From: an uncultured beta proteobacterium
GTDB taxonomy: Bacteria > Pseudomonadota > Gammaproteobacteria > Burkholderiales > Casimicrobiaceae
NCBI GenBank assembly: GCA_963791945.1
Contig: CAWBUD010000002.1
Location: forward strand, 882,743-946,742
DNA length: 64,000 nucleotides
Reading direction: 5' to 3'
Part shown: positions 40,385 to 49,014 of the stretch, piece after piece
Position numbering within the stretch: the stretch's first letter is position 1
Layout: every line of letters begins with the position of its first letter
Translations under genes and position numbers: made by a program
The notes under the pieces: generated by a model
What the model saw: the letters and a program-made list of their open reading frames with translations, nothing else
Database searches by the model: none
What the model was told of the DNA's origin: nothing

Positions 40385-41620
40385 GATTTCAAAGACTTGG
40401 CAGCGAAAACCAGGTCCTCCTGTTTGTTGTGGGACCATTGTGGAACGACTTATCCACCGGTCCCCGCGGATGCGTCGCCATTCATGCACTTGGCGCGCAA
40501 AACCAGGTACTCCTCCTTGCTGTTGGACTCCCGCGATCTCGCTGCGGTGACCGTCAGTGACGCGTAACACGGTCTGGGTGCCGCTCCGGTTGAGAACAAG
40601 GTTCGCCTGTTTCAGCAGGCGCTCGACGTCGGCACTCGCATAGTGACCGGCCATCGAATGATTTGCATGGCCAAGAAGCACTTCACGATCTTCGGCGGAA
40701 ACACCCGCTGCTCGCAGACGGGAGGCGAACGAATGCCGAAGGTCGTGGACGCGAACCAGCGGCAGGCCCGCCTCGCGCCGCGCCTCCTGCCAACCATTGT
40801 TGTTCATGGTTCCAATGCGCCTGCCGCGATAGGGGAAGACCCAGAGCGGATGCTCGCCTCGTTGCGTTTCGATGATCGACCAGGCGACGTCATTCAACGC
40901 CACAACATGTGGACGCTTCGTCTTGAACGCCTCCGGTGGAATCACGAACACGCTGCGGCCGACCTCCGGCACGCCAACCTCCCAGTCCCACTGTAAGCCG
41001 CACACGTTGCTGTCGCACAGCCCCGTGTTAACCGCAAAAAGCGCCATGCGCGCCAAGTGAGCGGGTAGCCTGCGGAACAGCGCGTCCTGTTCCTGCCAGG
41101 TGATGGGGTAGGGCGAGCGCGGATTCTCGGGCAGCATGGTGATGAGCGGCGGCATGGCGTCAAGCCACGGGTGACCATCGGGATCGCGGTACGAACGAGC
41201 CGCCCGATTCAGGATCGTGCGCACCACTTCAAGAGTGCGGTTGATGGTAGTCGTGCTCTTGCCAGCGGCAAGGCGCGCCTTCACGAAGGGTTCCGGTGTT
41301 TGATCATGAACCTGGTGCGGTTCGAGATCGCCGATGTACGACTGCAGCAACGCAACGTGCCATTTGATGACGTCGATGCTGCGCTTGCCGCGCGACTGTT
41401 CGATATAGCGCGCGGCGCAGGCCGTGAAGGTCGGGCGGGCGTGCGCCTTTCGTGTGGCGTCGCCTTGCACGCGAGCCATCTCCGTCTGGAGTCGCTCCTC
41501 GGCTTGTTCCTGTGTGATGCCGCCGACGCGAAGGCCGATGCGTACGCCGAGATATCGCTTGTCAATGAATCGGCGGCCGTCCGCGAGGACAGTGATGCCG
41601 GGCGTTCGTGTCGTGGCCAT
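40340..41620 (-). CDS. int: Tyrosine-type site-specific integrase
   Basis: ...LARMALFAVNTGLCDSNVCGLQW...VRVHDLRHSFASRLRAAGVSAEDREVLLGHANHSMAGHYAS (R...HxxR...H...Y). The ORF only stops inside the tRNA gene, so the last ~75 aa are probably non-native. Confidence 0.88.
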   Translation of the reverse strand: MATTRTPGITVLADGRRFIDKRYLGVRIGLRVGGITQEQAEERLQTEMARVQGDATRKAHARPTFTACAARYIEQSRGKRSIDVIKWHVALLQSYIGDLEPHQVHDQTPEPFVKARLAAGKSTTTINRTLEVVRTILNRAARSYRDPDGHPWLDAMPPLITMLPENPRSPYPITWQEQDALFRRLPAHLARMALFAVNTGLCDSNVCGLQWDWEVGVPEVGRSVFVIPPEAFKTKRPHVVALNDVAWSIIETQRGEHPLWVFPYRGRRIGTMNNNGWQEARREAGLPLVRVHDLRHSFASRLRAAGVSAEDREVLLGHANHSMAGHYASADVERLLKQANLVLNRSGTQTVLRVTDGHRSEIAGVQQQGGVPGFARQVHEWRRIRGDRWISRSTMVPQQTGGPGFRCQVFEIWRARQDLNPRPPGS

Positions 41621-42005
41621 GGGCTCCTCCGATGGGGCGGAGGAGCATTTTCGAAAGGGACTGACGACGGGGCAACCGCGGAGCTAACGAAAGCCTAATT
41701 GTTCCAGCACGCGTCGGTTGCCGTCTTCATCGCGTCCGTGGCAGACCGCTTCGGAAGTCAGCTTTGGGGCATACTGCGATCGACGCTGACCGGCCAGAAG
41801 CGGACGTCCGCACATTGCATCTAATCAACGAAGGCTTGGCCGAGTGACGACACTGGCTCTTAGTCGCTGAGCCCCATCTTGCGCAGGAACGGCGCCCCAC
41901 CGAGGATCGGCGTGCAGCGGGCGATTCCATCGGTGGTACTTCACGTTGCTGAGACCAATATCGCGCTGGATATCAGAGGTAACAAGAGCACCGTGCTGCG
42001 TAACG

Positions 42006-43778
42006 TCATTGGGCAACACACGCAAACACCTGCGTATTTGCTTCGCCCTCGAACACCCACCCCTGCGCGAGCATTGCGTTCAATGTGGCTAGGCTAGTGG
42101 TATAGCGATGATTGGGAGCACCCCCCATTCCATTGTTGTACAGCCGATACAGCGCCGTCGTTCCAGGCGGACAAAATCCATTTCCTGTCCCGTATCCTGT
42201 AGGAAGTTGCAGATAGAACGCGATTGCTTCGTACTGCCAGGCCGGTTCCGTTTTGACGATCGCACATTCATTCGGGAGCGGCGTGTAGAAGTGCGAGCTC
42301 TTCGGTGCGAACACGGTGCTGAAGAACCGACAAGTCGGTGAATTAGATGCATCGGGCTGTGCCCAGACGTTGAATGTCTGGCCTGTTCGCTGCCAAAGTC
42401 CCCCAAACGCACCAGCGTCAAGGGCGGCAATCTCATCAGGAAAGGACGTGACGAAGTAATAGTTCCAAGCCGCGTAGTAATACTCGACTGCAGTTTGGGT
42501 TTGTGTCACGGCGGCTCTCGCGTAGACCCACGCCGCCCCGCTGGCTCCCGAGTTGTCGCCGGGGCCGCCCACGATGGCGGTGCTGCCGTCGCTCGAAAGC
42601 GCGACCGAGGAGCCTTGATTTACGGAGCTTCCTACTGCGCCGGCGCCGACCAGCTTCGCGCCCTGCTGGGTCCACATGCCACGGCTGCGCGTGAACACCC
42701 ACGCCGCGCCAACTGGGTTGTCGGCAGCCCCACCCACGACGGCCGTGTTGCCGTCGCCGGAAAGGGCGACGGAGACGCCTTGATGCGAAAATCCAACCGC
42801 CCTGGTGCCGACCAGCTTCGCGCCCTGCTGGGTCCAAGCACCCCCGCTGCGCGTGAACACCCACGCCGCGCCGATTGGGTAGTCGCCAGGCCCACCCACG
42901 ATAGCCGTGGCGCCATCGGCAGAAAGGGCGACTGAGACGCCTTGCTCGACTGGCCCAACGGCAATGGGAGCATATACGGCGCCGGTGCCCACCAGCTTGG
43001 CGCTCTGTTGCGTCCAGACACCAGCAATACGCGTGTAGACCCATGCCGCTCCGGCACTGAGGTTGTCGAGAGCCCCGCCCGCGATGGCGGTGCTGCCGTC
43101 GGCGGACAGGGCGACCGACTGGCCTTGATTAGCACTTCCGACAGCGTCGGTTCCGACCAGCTTCGCGCCCTGCTGGGTCCAGACGCCGCCACTGCGCGTA
43201 AACACCCAAACCGCCCCGACGCCCGAATTGTCCTGTGGCCCGCCCACGGTGGCCGAGTTGCCGTCGGCGGACAGGGCGACCGACTGGCCTTGATTAGCAC
43301 TTCCGACGGCGTCGGTGCCGACCAGCTTCGCGCCCTGCTGGGTCCACATGCCACCGCTGCGCGTGAACACCCAAACCGCCCCGACGCCCGAGTTGTCGTG
43401 TGGCGCGCCCACGATGGTCGTGTTTCCATCGGCAGAAAGGGCGACCGCGGTGCCTTGGTGTACATAACTTCCCGCTGTGCCGGTGCCAACCAATTTGGCG
43501 CCTTGCTGGGTCCAGACGCCGCCGCTACGGATGTAGACCCACGCGGCCCCGACGTCGAAGGTGTAGCCGGCGTCCCGGTCGTCGCCATTCCCGCCCACGA
43601 TGGCCGTGTTGCCGTCGGCGGACAGGGCGACTGAGTAGCCCTGTTCTACAAGACCTCCCACAGCGCCGGTGCCCACCAGTTTTGGCCCCTGTTGCGTGAA
43701 CTGCGCCCTCCCCGGCTGGGATGACAGCGAGGCCGCAGATAACAACAATAGGAGGAGGAAAAATCTCAGCGGTCTCAC
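42006..43778 (-). CDS. Secreted protein: signal peptide, 7 FG-GAP-like ~55-aa repeats (beta-propeller) and a 4-Cys C-terminal module
   Basis: MRPLRFFLLLLLLSAASLSSQPGRAQ. Repeats read GAAWVFTRSGGVWTQQGAKLVGTGAVG..QG.SVALSADGNTAIVGG. The C-terminal ~160 aa are shared with 3 other ORFs in the island. Confidence 0.75.
   Translation of the reverse strand: MRPLRFFLLLLLLSAASLSSQPGRAQFTQQGPKLVGTGAVGGLVEQGYSVALSADGNTAIVGGNGDDRDAGYTFDVGAAWVYIRSGGVWTQQGAKLVGTGTAGSYVHQGTAVALSADGNTTIVGAPHDNSGVGAVWVFTRSGGMWTQQGAKLVGTDAVGSANQGQSVALSADGNSATVGGPQDNSGVGAVWVFTRSGGVWTQQGAKLVGTDAVGSANQGQSVALSADGSTAIAGGALDNLSAGAAWVYTRIAGVWTQQSAKLVGTGAVYAPIAVGPVEQGVSVALSADGATAIVGGPGDYPIGAAWVFTRSGGAWTQQGAKLVGTRAVGFSHQGVSVALSGDGNTAVVGGAADNPVGAAWVFTRSRGMWTQQGAKLVGAGAVGSSVNQGSSVALSSDGSTAIVGGPGDNSGASGAAWVYARAAVTQTQTAVEYYYAAWNYYFVTSFPDEIAALDAGAFGGLWQRTGQTFNVWAQPDASNSPTCRFFSTVFAPKSSHFYTPLPNECAIVKTEPAWQYEAIAFYLQLPTGYGTGNGFCPPGTTALYRLYNNGMGGAPNHRYTTSLATLNAMLAQGWVFEGEANTQVFACVAQ
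42520..43690. repeat. Seven tandem ~165-bp coding repeats (FG-GAP-like blades); units 43095..43259 and 43260..43424 are ~90% identical
   Basis: Direct comparison of the nucleotide sequence. Confidence 0.85.
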
Positions 43779-43934
43779 CTAACCCTCCCTTGCCGGTTCA
43801 GGGGCTATCCGGCATGTTCAGCGACCGTCGCTGAGCGGCCAACAGCGGCCCTAACGCGGGGTCGCTGAGAGCGGTCGTTCGATCCCGCGATCGATGCAAA
43901 GCGGATGCCACTCGCGTGGGAACCCTCAAAGGGG

Positions 43935-45503
43935 TCACAGCGGCGAGCACATTTCCACCGCATTCGGCCCGAGGCCCTCCGCCACCCAGCCCTGGCCGAT
44001 CATCTGCGCGCGCACTGCGAGATCGGTCGTGTAGCGGTGGTTGGGCGCTCCGCCCTGGCCGTTGTTATACAAACGGTAAACTGGCGTCAAGCCTTCGGCG
44101 CATGACCCGTCAGCAGCAGGAACCGCGATGTCGAATGCGTCGGCGCTCTCGAGTGTCCACGCGAGATCCGTTTGCCTGATGGCGCACTCCGTGGCGAATG
44201 GCGTATAGAAATGGGAGCTCTTTGGCGCGAACGCCATGCTGAAGAAGCGACAGACCCGTGCGGAATTCCCGTTCGGAGCCGCATAGGCGTTGAACTGGAG
44301 CCCCGTGCGCACCCAGCCGGGGTATGTGCCATTGTCGAGCTTGCTGATCTCGTCGGGATTCGACGTGATGAAGTAGTGATCGAACGCCGCGTAGAAGTAT
44401 TCGATCACTGGCACGCTTGCCGAGGGCGGCATCCCGGAGAGCTGATACTCGAAAAGGCCGGCGTCGGTTGCCGCGCGCAGGAGCGAACCGGTTCCATCGA
44501 TCGAAAGACTCCGGACGTCGAGGATGGTCAGGCCGGCATTGATTGGCGTCCAGCTCGCTGCGGCATCGGTGCTCCTGAACACGCCTTGGTTCGTAGCGGC
44601 ATAGATCCGTGCAGGCGTGCTGGGATCGATCGCCAGCGCATTTACGAAAATCGTCTCGGGCAGTCCGTCTTGCGCGGCGATCCACGTCTCGCCGCCGTCG
44701 ATGCTCTTCAATACACCGCCTTTATCCGCACTGTCGGAGGTGTAGAAGTACCCAGCATAGACGATGGACGGTATCGCTGGATCGATCGCGAGAGACCATA
44801 TGGCCGCTCCAGCAGGGACAGGAATCGGGACCTGCCGCCATTGCTCGCCGCCGTCGGTGGACTTGAAGATCTTGCCCGTGTCAGGGCCGGAGAATCCGGC
44901 CACCTGCTGGGCGACATACACGACGTCCGCATTCGTCGGATCGATGGCCAACGCGGAAACGTAGAACCCGGTCAGTCCGTTGCTGCGCATATCCCACGAC
45001 AACCCGCTATCGATGCTTCTGAAGACCGCCTCGTTTGCTCCGGCGTACAGCGTTGAGTTCAGCGTTGGCGCGATGGCCACTATTGAAGTGGGCTCGCCGT
45101 TGAACTCGGCCGCCTCCGCCGCCCAATGCGCCCCCCCGTCCATGCTCTTGTAGATGGGAACGTCAGCCAAATCCCAGGGGTCTCCCATGGAGGCGTAAAT
45201 CGTGGCTGAGGAGCGGGGATCGATGACCAGGGAATTGACTTGACCGGGGGCGAGGACTGCCAAGTCGGCCCAATGGCCTCCGCCATCGGTGGTCTTGGTG
45301 ACGGTACCGTACGCGGTATTGCGGTACACCACCGCATAGATCGTAGATGGCGACGAGGGATCGACCGCAAACGGGTAGGCGACGGGACCGATCGCCGTCC
45401 AGCTATTCGTGCCGGCGGCTGCCGGCAAGGCGAATAGCGCCGTGGCGAGGCAACCGACGCAGGCGATGCCGAGCGAAATCACAAGACGAATGTCGCTATG
45501 CAT
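43935..45503 (-). CDS. Secreted protein: signal peptide, BNR/Asp-box beta-propeller (Ycf48/sortilin-like) and a 4-Cys C-terminal module
   Basis: Asp-boxes KTTDGGGHW, KSMDGGAHW, RSIDSGLSW, KSTDGGEQW, KSIDGGETW, RSTDAAASW. The C-terminus IEYFYAAFDHYFITSNPDEISKLDNG...VYRLYNNGQGGAPNHRYTT...MCSPL. Confidence 0.75.
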   Translation of the reverse strand: MHSDIRLVISLGIACVGCLATALFALPAAAGTNSWTAIGPVAYPFAVDPSSPSTIYAVVYRNTAYGTVTKTTDGGGHWADLAVLAPGQVNSLVIDPRSSATIYASMGDPWDLADVPIYKSMDGGAHWAAEAAEFNGEPTSIVAIAPTLNSTLYAGANEAVFRSIDSGLSWDMRSNGLTGFYVSALAIDPTNADVVYVAQQVAGFSGPDTGKIFKSTDGGEQWRQVPIPVPAGAAIWSLAIDPAIPSIVYAGYFYTSDSADKGGVLKSIDGGETWIAAQDGLPETIFVNALAIDPSTPARIYAATNQGVFRSTDAAASWTPINAGLTILDVRSLSIDGTGSLLRAATDAGLFEYQLSGMPPSASVPVIEYFYAAFDHYFITSNPDEISKLDNGTYPGWVRTGLQFNAYAAPNGNSARVCRFFSMAFAPKSSHFYTPFATECAIRQTDLAWTLESADAFDIAVPAADGSCAEGLTPVYRLYNNGQGGAPNHRYTTDLAVRAQMIGQGWVAEGLGPNAVEMCSPL

Positions 45504-46230
45504 GGGCGTCTCCCATTGGCGGCAAGTTTGCTTTGCCTATAGGAGCTTCTAGGGCATGGATCGGCGTGGTGGACGACGGCACGCACGCGAAGGCGAACGT
45601 TCTACCGTCACCTTCGAATACCCAGCCTCCGGCAAGGTATCGGTTGAACGTTGCTAGGCTCGTGGTCAAGCGGTGAGAGGGCCCTCCGCCGAAGCCATTG
45701 TTGTAGAGCCGATAGAGGATGGTCGTGCCGATCGGGCAATTGCCGTTTTCGTCCGGGACCTGCAAGTAGAAGGCAACCCCCTCATATTGCCAATTCGGAT
45801 TAGCCTTCACGCTCGCACACTCGGCGGCGTACGGTGTGTAGAAGTGGTCGAGGTAGAGCACGTCGATCTCACCGCCGCCGGGGTCACGCTGCAGCGCTTC
45901 CTTCGCGTAGAAGAAGCGGCAGGTCGGAAGCGCGCCACCTACCGGACCGGTCCAAACGTCGAATGTTTCGCCGGTGCGCAGCCAAAGCAAGCCGGAAGGC
46001 GTGTCAAGAGCGCCCGTGTTAAGAGCTGCTGCGTCCAGTGCGGCGATCTCGTCGGGAGACGATGTGACGAAGAATGAGATAACGTATTCCTGAAACGTCC
46101 ATAAGCCATATTCGACTGCGGTTTGTACTTGGGCCGCTGCGGGTGTTGCGACACCGAGCAGACCCCAAACCACGAATGCAGCCGTCGCCGCAAGCGCCGA
46201 TGCCCATTTCGCGAAGAAGTGAATGTGCAT
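45496..46230 (-). CDS. Secreted protein consisting essentially of a signal peptide plus the 4-Cys C-terminal module
   Basis: MHIHFFAKWASALAATAAFVVWGLLGVATPAAAQ, then a module homologous to the C-termini of 42006..43778, 43935..45503 and 50946..51953. Confidence 0.7.
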   Translation of the reverse strand: MHIHFFAKWASALAATAAFVVWGLLGVATPAAAQVQTAVEYGLWTFQEYVISFFVTSSPDEIAALDAAALNTGALDTPSGLLWLRTGETFDVWTGPVGGALPTCRFFYAKEALQRDPGGGEIDVLYLDHFYTPYAAECASVKANPNWQYEGVAFYLQVPDENGNCPIGTTILYRLYNNGFGGGPSHRLTTSLATFNRYLAGGWVFEGDGRTFAFACVPSSTTPIHALEAPIGKANLPPMGDAHA

Positions 46231-46386
46231 GAACCCTCCTTGGACGCTATCAAGCCTTGCTTCGAATACGGCCCTTCGCCATGGTCCACCGAAGCGCGAT
46301 TCGCGTCATTGGGGCGTGGATTAATTCTTATTAATCGTGCCGGCGGGCGCTTTCCACGCGACACCAACCGGCCTAATCTGACGCCC

Positions 46387-48942
46387 ATGGACGAAGCTAG
46401 GGCGACCCGATCCAACAGCAGGTACCGGAGCGGAGCCATCGAAATCGATGCGATGCAGCGCAGCGTGCTGATAGACGGAACGCCCGCCAAGATTGGCGCG
46501 CGGGCATTCGATGTGCTGCTTGCGCTCGTCGAGCGTCGCGAGCGGGTGGTTCCCAAGCGCGAGTTGATGGATTTGGTGTGGCCCAAGCTCGTGGTCGAGG
46601 AAGGCAACCTGCTGGTGCATATGGTGGCGTTGCGCAAGTTCCTCGGTTCACGAGCGATCGCCACCATCCCCGGGCGCGGCTATCGGTTCGTGATGCCGGT
46701 CGACGTGATCGAAAGCGGTGGAGCGGCCGAGGCTGCTCGGCCATCGGTCACGATCGGTGGCAACGTCCCGGCCTCGTCGCCGCTCTTTGGTCGCGCGGAA
46801 GATTTGGAGGCCGTGGAAGCTCTCCTCCGCGAACACCCGGTCGTGACGATCGTCGGCGCAGGCGGCATCGGCAAGACGCGCATAGCGCTGGCCGCGGCGG
46901 CTGCCCCTCGGGTCGAATCGCCCCATGGATGCTGGTGGGTGGAGTTGGCCTCGCTCATCGAGGGTGGGCAAGTCCCGAGCAGCATCGCGGGATCGCTTGG
47001 CTTGCAGCTACCCCCGGGTTCGCCGAAGGAGGCGCTTGCGACGACCCTGGCAGCCAAGAGTCTGCTCTTGGTGCTGGACAACTGCGAGCACCTTGCAGAT
47101 GACATCGCTCCATTGATCGATCTCTTGCGCGTGCGGGCTCCGAACGTACGACTGCTCGTGACTTCCCAGGAGTCGCTCAAGTGTCGCGAAGAGCAGGTAT
47201 ATCGTCTCGGTCCGCTGGCGGTACCGGCAAACGCGCAACTCGAAGAGGCCGCCGAGTTCGGCGCAGTAGCGCTGTTCGTCGAGCGCGCCCATGCGGTGGA
47301 TTCCCGGTTTCGACTCGCCGCCGAGAATGTCGAGGTCGTGGTCGACATATGCCGACGATTGGACGGCATTCCGCTAGCCATTGAATTAGCCGCGGCGCGC
47401 GTCCCGATGCTCGGTGTGCACGGTCTGCACGCGCGGCTCGACCAGATGTTCAACGTATTGACCGGCGGCACGCGCATGAAGCTGCGTCGGCACCAGACGC
47501 TGCGGGCCGCACTCGAATGGAGCTATGGCCTGCTGTCCGCGGACGAGCAGACCGCATTCCGCCGACTCGGCGTGTTCGCCGGCGGCTTCACCCTCGAGCT
47601 GGCACAGGAGATCGTCAAGGACGAACGCATCGATCAATGGCTTGTGCTGGACCTGCTGGGTCATCTGATCGACAAGTCGCTGGTGATCGCCGATGGCGAG
47701 GCCGAGCCTGAGCTCCGCTATCGGCTGCTGGACACCACGCGTGCATTCGCGCTCGAGCGGCTTGCCGTCGCAGGCGAGTCCGAAGCGATGCTGCGGTGTC
47801 ATGCCCAAGTGATATGCGAGCTCATGGCGGCAATCGATGCGAATTTCTGGAATCTGTCGGCCGCCGAACACTGTAAGCACAGCAGCGCAGTACATGAACT
47901 GGGCAACCTGCGCGCGGCGCTGGATTGGGTGTTAGCCTCCGAAGACGACCGCACCCTAGCCTATGAACTGCTGGGAAGGTGCTGGCCCGTGTGGATGCTG
48001 AACGGCCTGACCGGCGAAGGCGTGCAGCGAATGCTGCAGCTATGGCCGCCGCCGCCAAACTTGCCAGCGAAAATCGAGGCGGACTTTTGCCTGGCCTTTG
48101 CTCGGCTCAACAAAGACGCCGGCCGCGAGGAACACTGGGAAGCCGCGCGTCGCGCAACTGCTCTGTATCGGAAGCTCGACGATGCGGACCGGCTCGGCCA
48201 TGCCCTCTTGGTTGTCGCAACGATCGGTGCGCTGAGACACCAGATATCAGAGGCGGAGCACGCGCTGCGCGAGGCCGAGAAGCTCGTTACTGCTACCGCA
48301 GCTTTGCGTAAACAGGCGGCGCTCGCGGCAACGCAAGGGCAGTGTTACCTGCGGCGTGGCGCCGCTGAACTCGCGATCGCCGCATTCCGTCGCCAGGTCG
48401 AGCTGTATCGCTGCGCGGGCGACATGCTTGGCGAGAATGCCGCGATCGGCAACGTGGGTAGCGCTCAGCTCGACGCCGGCGACCTGGATTTAGCGATCGA
48501 ATCGTTGCGCAAGTCGGTCGATGGCCTGCGTAGAATCAACGCGCCCTACGGAGTGGAATTTCGTCTCGGCACGCTGGCGCTCGCTTTGGCCTGGCGCGGT
48601 GATGACGTCGACATTCTTCCGCTCGCGCGCGAGGCGTTCGACCACCACCGTCTGCTTGGTGTGACGTTCGCCCCTCTGATGGCTGCCGCGCTACAGCACG
48701 CCCGAGGCGACAATGCGCGACGTGCCGTCCTGCTCGCCGGCTACGCGTGCAACACGCCGTCATTGCGCGAGCCTCCGAGCCTGATTGCTCTGCCCATACG
48801 GCAACGGGTGCGCGATCGCGCGGCGGCCCAGCATCCTGCGGCAGCGGTCGAAACCTGGCTGCATGCCGGCGAACGTCTGACCGAAGAGCAGGCAGCTGCG
48901 ATCGCGTTCGATGACGCTCCGCTAGAGGGGCTGCATGAATGA
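46387..48942 (+). CDS. Transcriptional regulator: OmpR/PhoB-type winged-helix DNA-binding domain, STAND P-loop ATPase and TPR-like C-terminus
   Basis: Start at MDEARAT (46387). ...IGARAFDVLLALVERRERVVPKRELMDLVWPKLVVEEGNLLVHMVALRKFLG..IATIPGRGYRFV (wHTH); VTIVGAGGIGKTRIA (Walker A); LVLDNCEHL; GIPLAIELAAARV. Confidence 0.8.
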   Translation: MDEARATRSNSRYRSGAIEIDAMQRSVLIDGTPAKIGARAFDVLLALVERRERVVPKRELMDLVWPKLVVEEGNLLVHMVALRKFLGSRAIATIPGRGYRFVMPVDVIESGGAAEAARPSVTIGGNVPASSPLFGRAEDLEAVEALLREHPVVTIVGAGGIGKTRIALAAAAAPRVESPHGCWWVELASLIEGGQVPSSIAGSLGLQLPPGSPKEALATTLAAKSLLLVLDNCEHLADDIAPLIDLLRVRAPNVRLLVTSQESLKCREEQVYRLGPLAVPANAQLEEAAEFGAVALFVERAHAVDSRFRLAAENVEVVVDICRRLDGIPLAIELAAARVPMLGVHGLHARLDQMFNVLTGGTRMKLRRHQTLRAALEWSYGLLSADEQTAFRRLGVFAGGFTLELAQEIVKDERIDQWLVLDLLGHLIDKSLVIADGEAEPELRYRLLDTTRAFALERLAVAGESEAMLRCHAQVICELMAAIDANFWNLSAAEHCKHSSAVHELGNLRAALDWVLASEDDRTLAYELLGRCWPVWMLNGLTGEGVQRMLQLWPPPPNLPAKIEADFCLAFARLNKDAGREEHWEAARRATALYRKLDDADRLGHALLVVATIGALRHQISEAEHALREAEKLVTATAALRKQAALAATQGQCYLRRGAAELAIAAFRRQVELYRCAGDMLGENAAIGNVGSAQLDAGDLDLAIESLRKSVDGLRRINAPYGVEFRLGTLALALAWRGDDVDILPLAREAFDHHRLLGVTFAPLMAAALQHARGDNARRAVLLAGYACNTPSLREPPSLIALPIRQRVRDRAAAQHPAAAVETWLHAGERLTEEQAAAIAFDDAPLEGLHE

Positions 48943-49014
48943 CGCGCACGGATCACCTCCGATGCCATCATGGAGTAGCATGCGGGAGTGCTCGCGCCGT
49001 GACAGAAGAGCTTT

